From: Verrucomicrobiota bacterium
GTDB lineage: Bacteria; Verrucomicrobiota; Verrucomicrobiia; Verrucomicrobiales; Akkermansiaceae
Length of the DNA: 26,326 nt
Assembly: GCA_037133195.1 (NCBI GenBank)
Contig: JBAXOP010000039.1
Location: 1 to 26,326, forward strand
Direction: 5' to 3'
Position 1 is the first letter of the stretch. The number at the start of each line of letters is the position of its first letter. This document shows, piece after piece, positions 24,764-26,326 of the stretch. The notes beneath the pieces were generated by a model that saw nothing but the letters and a program-made list of their open reading frames with translations, did no database searches and was not told the origin of the DNA. Made by a program: the position numbers and the translations under genes.

Positions 24764-26326
24764 ATGAAAATCCTCGTCCGGCCCGGTTCAACGATCAAGG
24801 AGAAGACTTCCAGCGTTAGGAGTTTTCTCAATTCGCTGGGTGCACAGGCCGACCGTTATGCCGATCCGCAGACTTGTGAGATGACTCAGAACACCAAGCT
24901 CAACCTGTTTGGCATCTGGGTTCCCATGACGAAGGAACTTTACCAGAGCGCCGAATGGGAATACCAAATCATCAGAAAGCAGGGTACTCTCCGCTTCACG
25001 ATCAACGGGAACACCATCGCCGCAAAATGCCTTGGCAAACTCGAGGATGGCTGGATCCGAGGTTTGCCTCAGGAGCTTGAAAACCTGACGCTCACGCATC
25101 CAAAAGACACTGCGGGTGACCCTGGCAACCTGGCTGCGCTTGCTCCTCTGGGAAAGTTGGTCCGGCTCAATCTGAGCGGGTGGAGCGATCTAGTGGACCT
25201 CGGCGGGATTGAATCCCTGAAGTTGCTGAGGATGTTGAATTTGGATGGTAGCAAGTCTTTAACGAACCTTGCGCCTCTCGCCTCGCTTCACGAATTGCGC
25301 GTCCTCGATCTAGCCAGTTGTACGGTTCTCGAGGATCTGTCGGCCCTGGCAACCCTCGAGTGGCTTCGCTACCTGGATCTTTCGCGCAGCAGCAGGATCC
25401 GCGATTGCAGCGCTCTTCGCGGGCTGAAACGCCTTAATTCCTTGAAGTGGACTTATTGCGGCAAGCGCAAGGATGTGAATCTGCTAGGCGGGATTAGCTC
25501 TTTGGAGTGGCTCGATCTCGGGAATGGTACCTGCCTCGAGGATTTGTCCGGGCTCGCCCAATTGGAAAATCTCAAATCGCTCACACTCGCGGACGGCAAT
25601 GCCATCAAGTCGATTGAGGCACTGGCCTCACTCCAGCAACTTGAGCGACTTGACATGAGTGGGTGTGAATCCCTGGGAGACCTCAAGCCATTGGCAAATC
25701 TGCGTGCACTGGCTCATTTGGACCTGAGCAATTGCTCTAAAATTAGGAGCATCGCCGCGCTATCCAGTTTGGAATCATTGAAATCATTGGACTTGAGCGA
25801 TTGCTATCAGGTGAACAATCTCCGGCCTTTGGCGTCTCTAAAAAACCTCGAATCCCTCGCGATTACCAGAATGAAGCGGCTCAAGTCGATTGAACCGCTG
25901 CGAAACCTGCCGAAACTTTTAAAACTCAGGTCCAGTTTTCATCCGGGCAGCGTGGCGGACGTCTTGGCGTCTCTGGCTGTCACTCGCACGGATGTCGACC
26001 TGATATCTAGCACTGCCAAGAGATGGCTTGCGGAGGCGATGCGGTTTGATTCGGAGAATCAGGCAGAGCGCGAAAACCTCACCGGCACATTGGGTGAAGC
26101 CTTCAATCTGTTGCCGCAAGATCACGAGATTCTGCCTCATTTCGAAGAATTTCTGCTTCGCCACCCTGAGTTTAGTGCCCGCCCGTGGAAATCGTGGCTG
26201 CTGGGATCGATCCTCCATCACGGATTCGATGTTTTCCGCCAGCGCGTCGAGCGATTGCCACTGCCCAAACTCTCCCCGGGCGGCATCGGCGGTGTTTGCG
26301 TGGCTCTGCCGGATGGCGATGCGCCG
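24764..26326 (+). CDS. LRR protein, paralogue of the sensor half of the upstream NLR-like protein (no NTPase); 521 codons, with the 3' end beyond the window
   Basis: Absent from the ORF track because it runs off the window. I read all triplets from the ATG at 24764 to 26326 and found no stop. It starts 22 nt after the upstream stop. 'GTLRFTINGNTIAAKC' (nt 24983-25030) parallels 'GAIRFSINGTLVAAKL' of the upstream protein. About 11 LRRs of the same Cys-containing type span roughly nt 25124-25933. After that, 'FHPGSVADVLASLAV...HPEFSARPWKSW...GGIGGVCVAL' parallels 'FHPGMVAEILASAAV...RPEFSAEPWKAW...GVVGGVCAAL'. Confidence 0.85.
   Translation, partial: MKILVRPGSTIKEKTSSVRSFLNSLGAQADRYADPQTCEMTQNTKLNLFGIWVPMTKELYQSAEWEYQIIRKQGTLRFTINGNTIAAKCLGKLEDGWIRGLPQELENLTLTHPKDTAGDPGNLAALAPLGKLVRLNLSGWSDLVDLGGIESLKLLRMLNLDGSKSLTNLAPLASLHELRVLDLASCTVLEDLSALATLEWLRYLDLSRSSRIRDCSALRGLKRLNSLKWTYCGKRKDVNLLGGISSLEWLDLGNGTCLEDLSGLAQLENLKSLTLADGNAIKSIEALASLQQLERLDMSGCESLGDLKPLANLRALAHLDLSNCSKIRSIAALSSLESLKSLDLSDCYQVNNLRPLASLKNLESLAITRMKRLKSIEPLRNLPKLLKLRSSFHPGSVADVLASLAVTRTDVDLISSTAKRWLAEAMRFDSENQAERENLTGTLGEAFNLLPQDHEILPHFEEFLLRHPEFSARPWKSWLLGSILHHGFDVFRQRVERLPLPKLSPGGIGGVCVALPDGDAP

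Noticed and set aside
17526-24791. Antisense or alternative-frame ORFs inside the RyR-domain and NLR-like genes (for example 17526..18143, 17767..18288, 20697..21302, 22077..22931, 24378..24791)
   Set aside because: They sit within long, motif-rich plus-strand frames. The 284-aa ORF 22077..22931 is the expected open antisense frame of an LRR region and is S/R-rich.
1-26326. CRISPR arrays, IS elements or transposases, integrases, rRNA genes
   Set aside because: I saw no array of regularly spaced 25-40-nt repeats, no transposase- or integrase-like translation in the track or in the two edge ORFs, and no rRNA-like sequence. This was visual inspection only, so short or degenerate elements could have been missed.

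Overview
This is a 26.3-kb GC-rich window. Its gene content (autotransporter-associated beta-strand repeats, a 2305-aa PA14/Fn3/cadherin-like secreted giant, GH106-like hydrolases) looks like a Verrucomicrobiota/PVC-type chromosome; that is inferred from protein style only. The window splits in two.

Left part (1-15267): four tightly packed minus-strand genes for secreted or surface glycan-related proteins. The first runs off the window start and is missing from the ORF track.

Boundary (15390-15491): a minus-strand intrinsic terminator lies directly beside an orphan tRNA 3' fragment (T-arm plus acceptor 3' strand, no D or anticodon arm). I read this as an att-type scar marking the edge of an accessory island.

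Right part (15.5-26.3 kb), in order:
- a small secreted triple-repeat protein
- a frameshifted hypothetical gene
- a (GTTCGNN)x6 heptamer array
- a 2TM / TrkA-N-like / RyR-domain membrane protein
- a chain of ORFs joined by three consecutive ATGA overlaps, ending in an internally deleted Abi_2 (AbiD/F-like) relic
- a 1609-aa protein with NLR architecture: DUF4062-type N-terminus, NACHT-type P-loop NTPase, about 17 Cys-containing LRRs and an unassigned helical C-terminus
- 22 nt further downstream, a second gene (also absent from the track, running off the window end) that is a paralogue of only the sensor half of the NLR-like protein (pre-LRR element, LRRs, C-terminal domain)

The NLR-like gene plus its NTPase-less sensor paralogue, sitting next to an Abi relic in a putative island, is my best candidate for an undescribed conflict/defence system. 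All domain calls come from motif recognition by eye; no database search or folding program was run.
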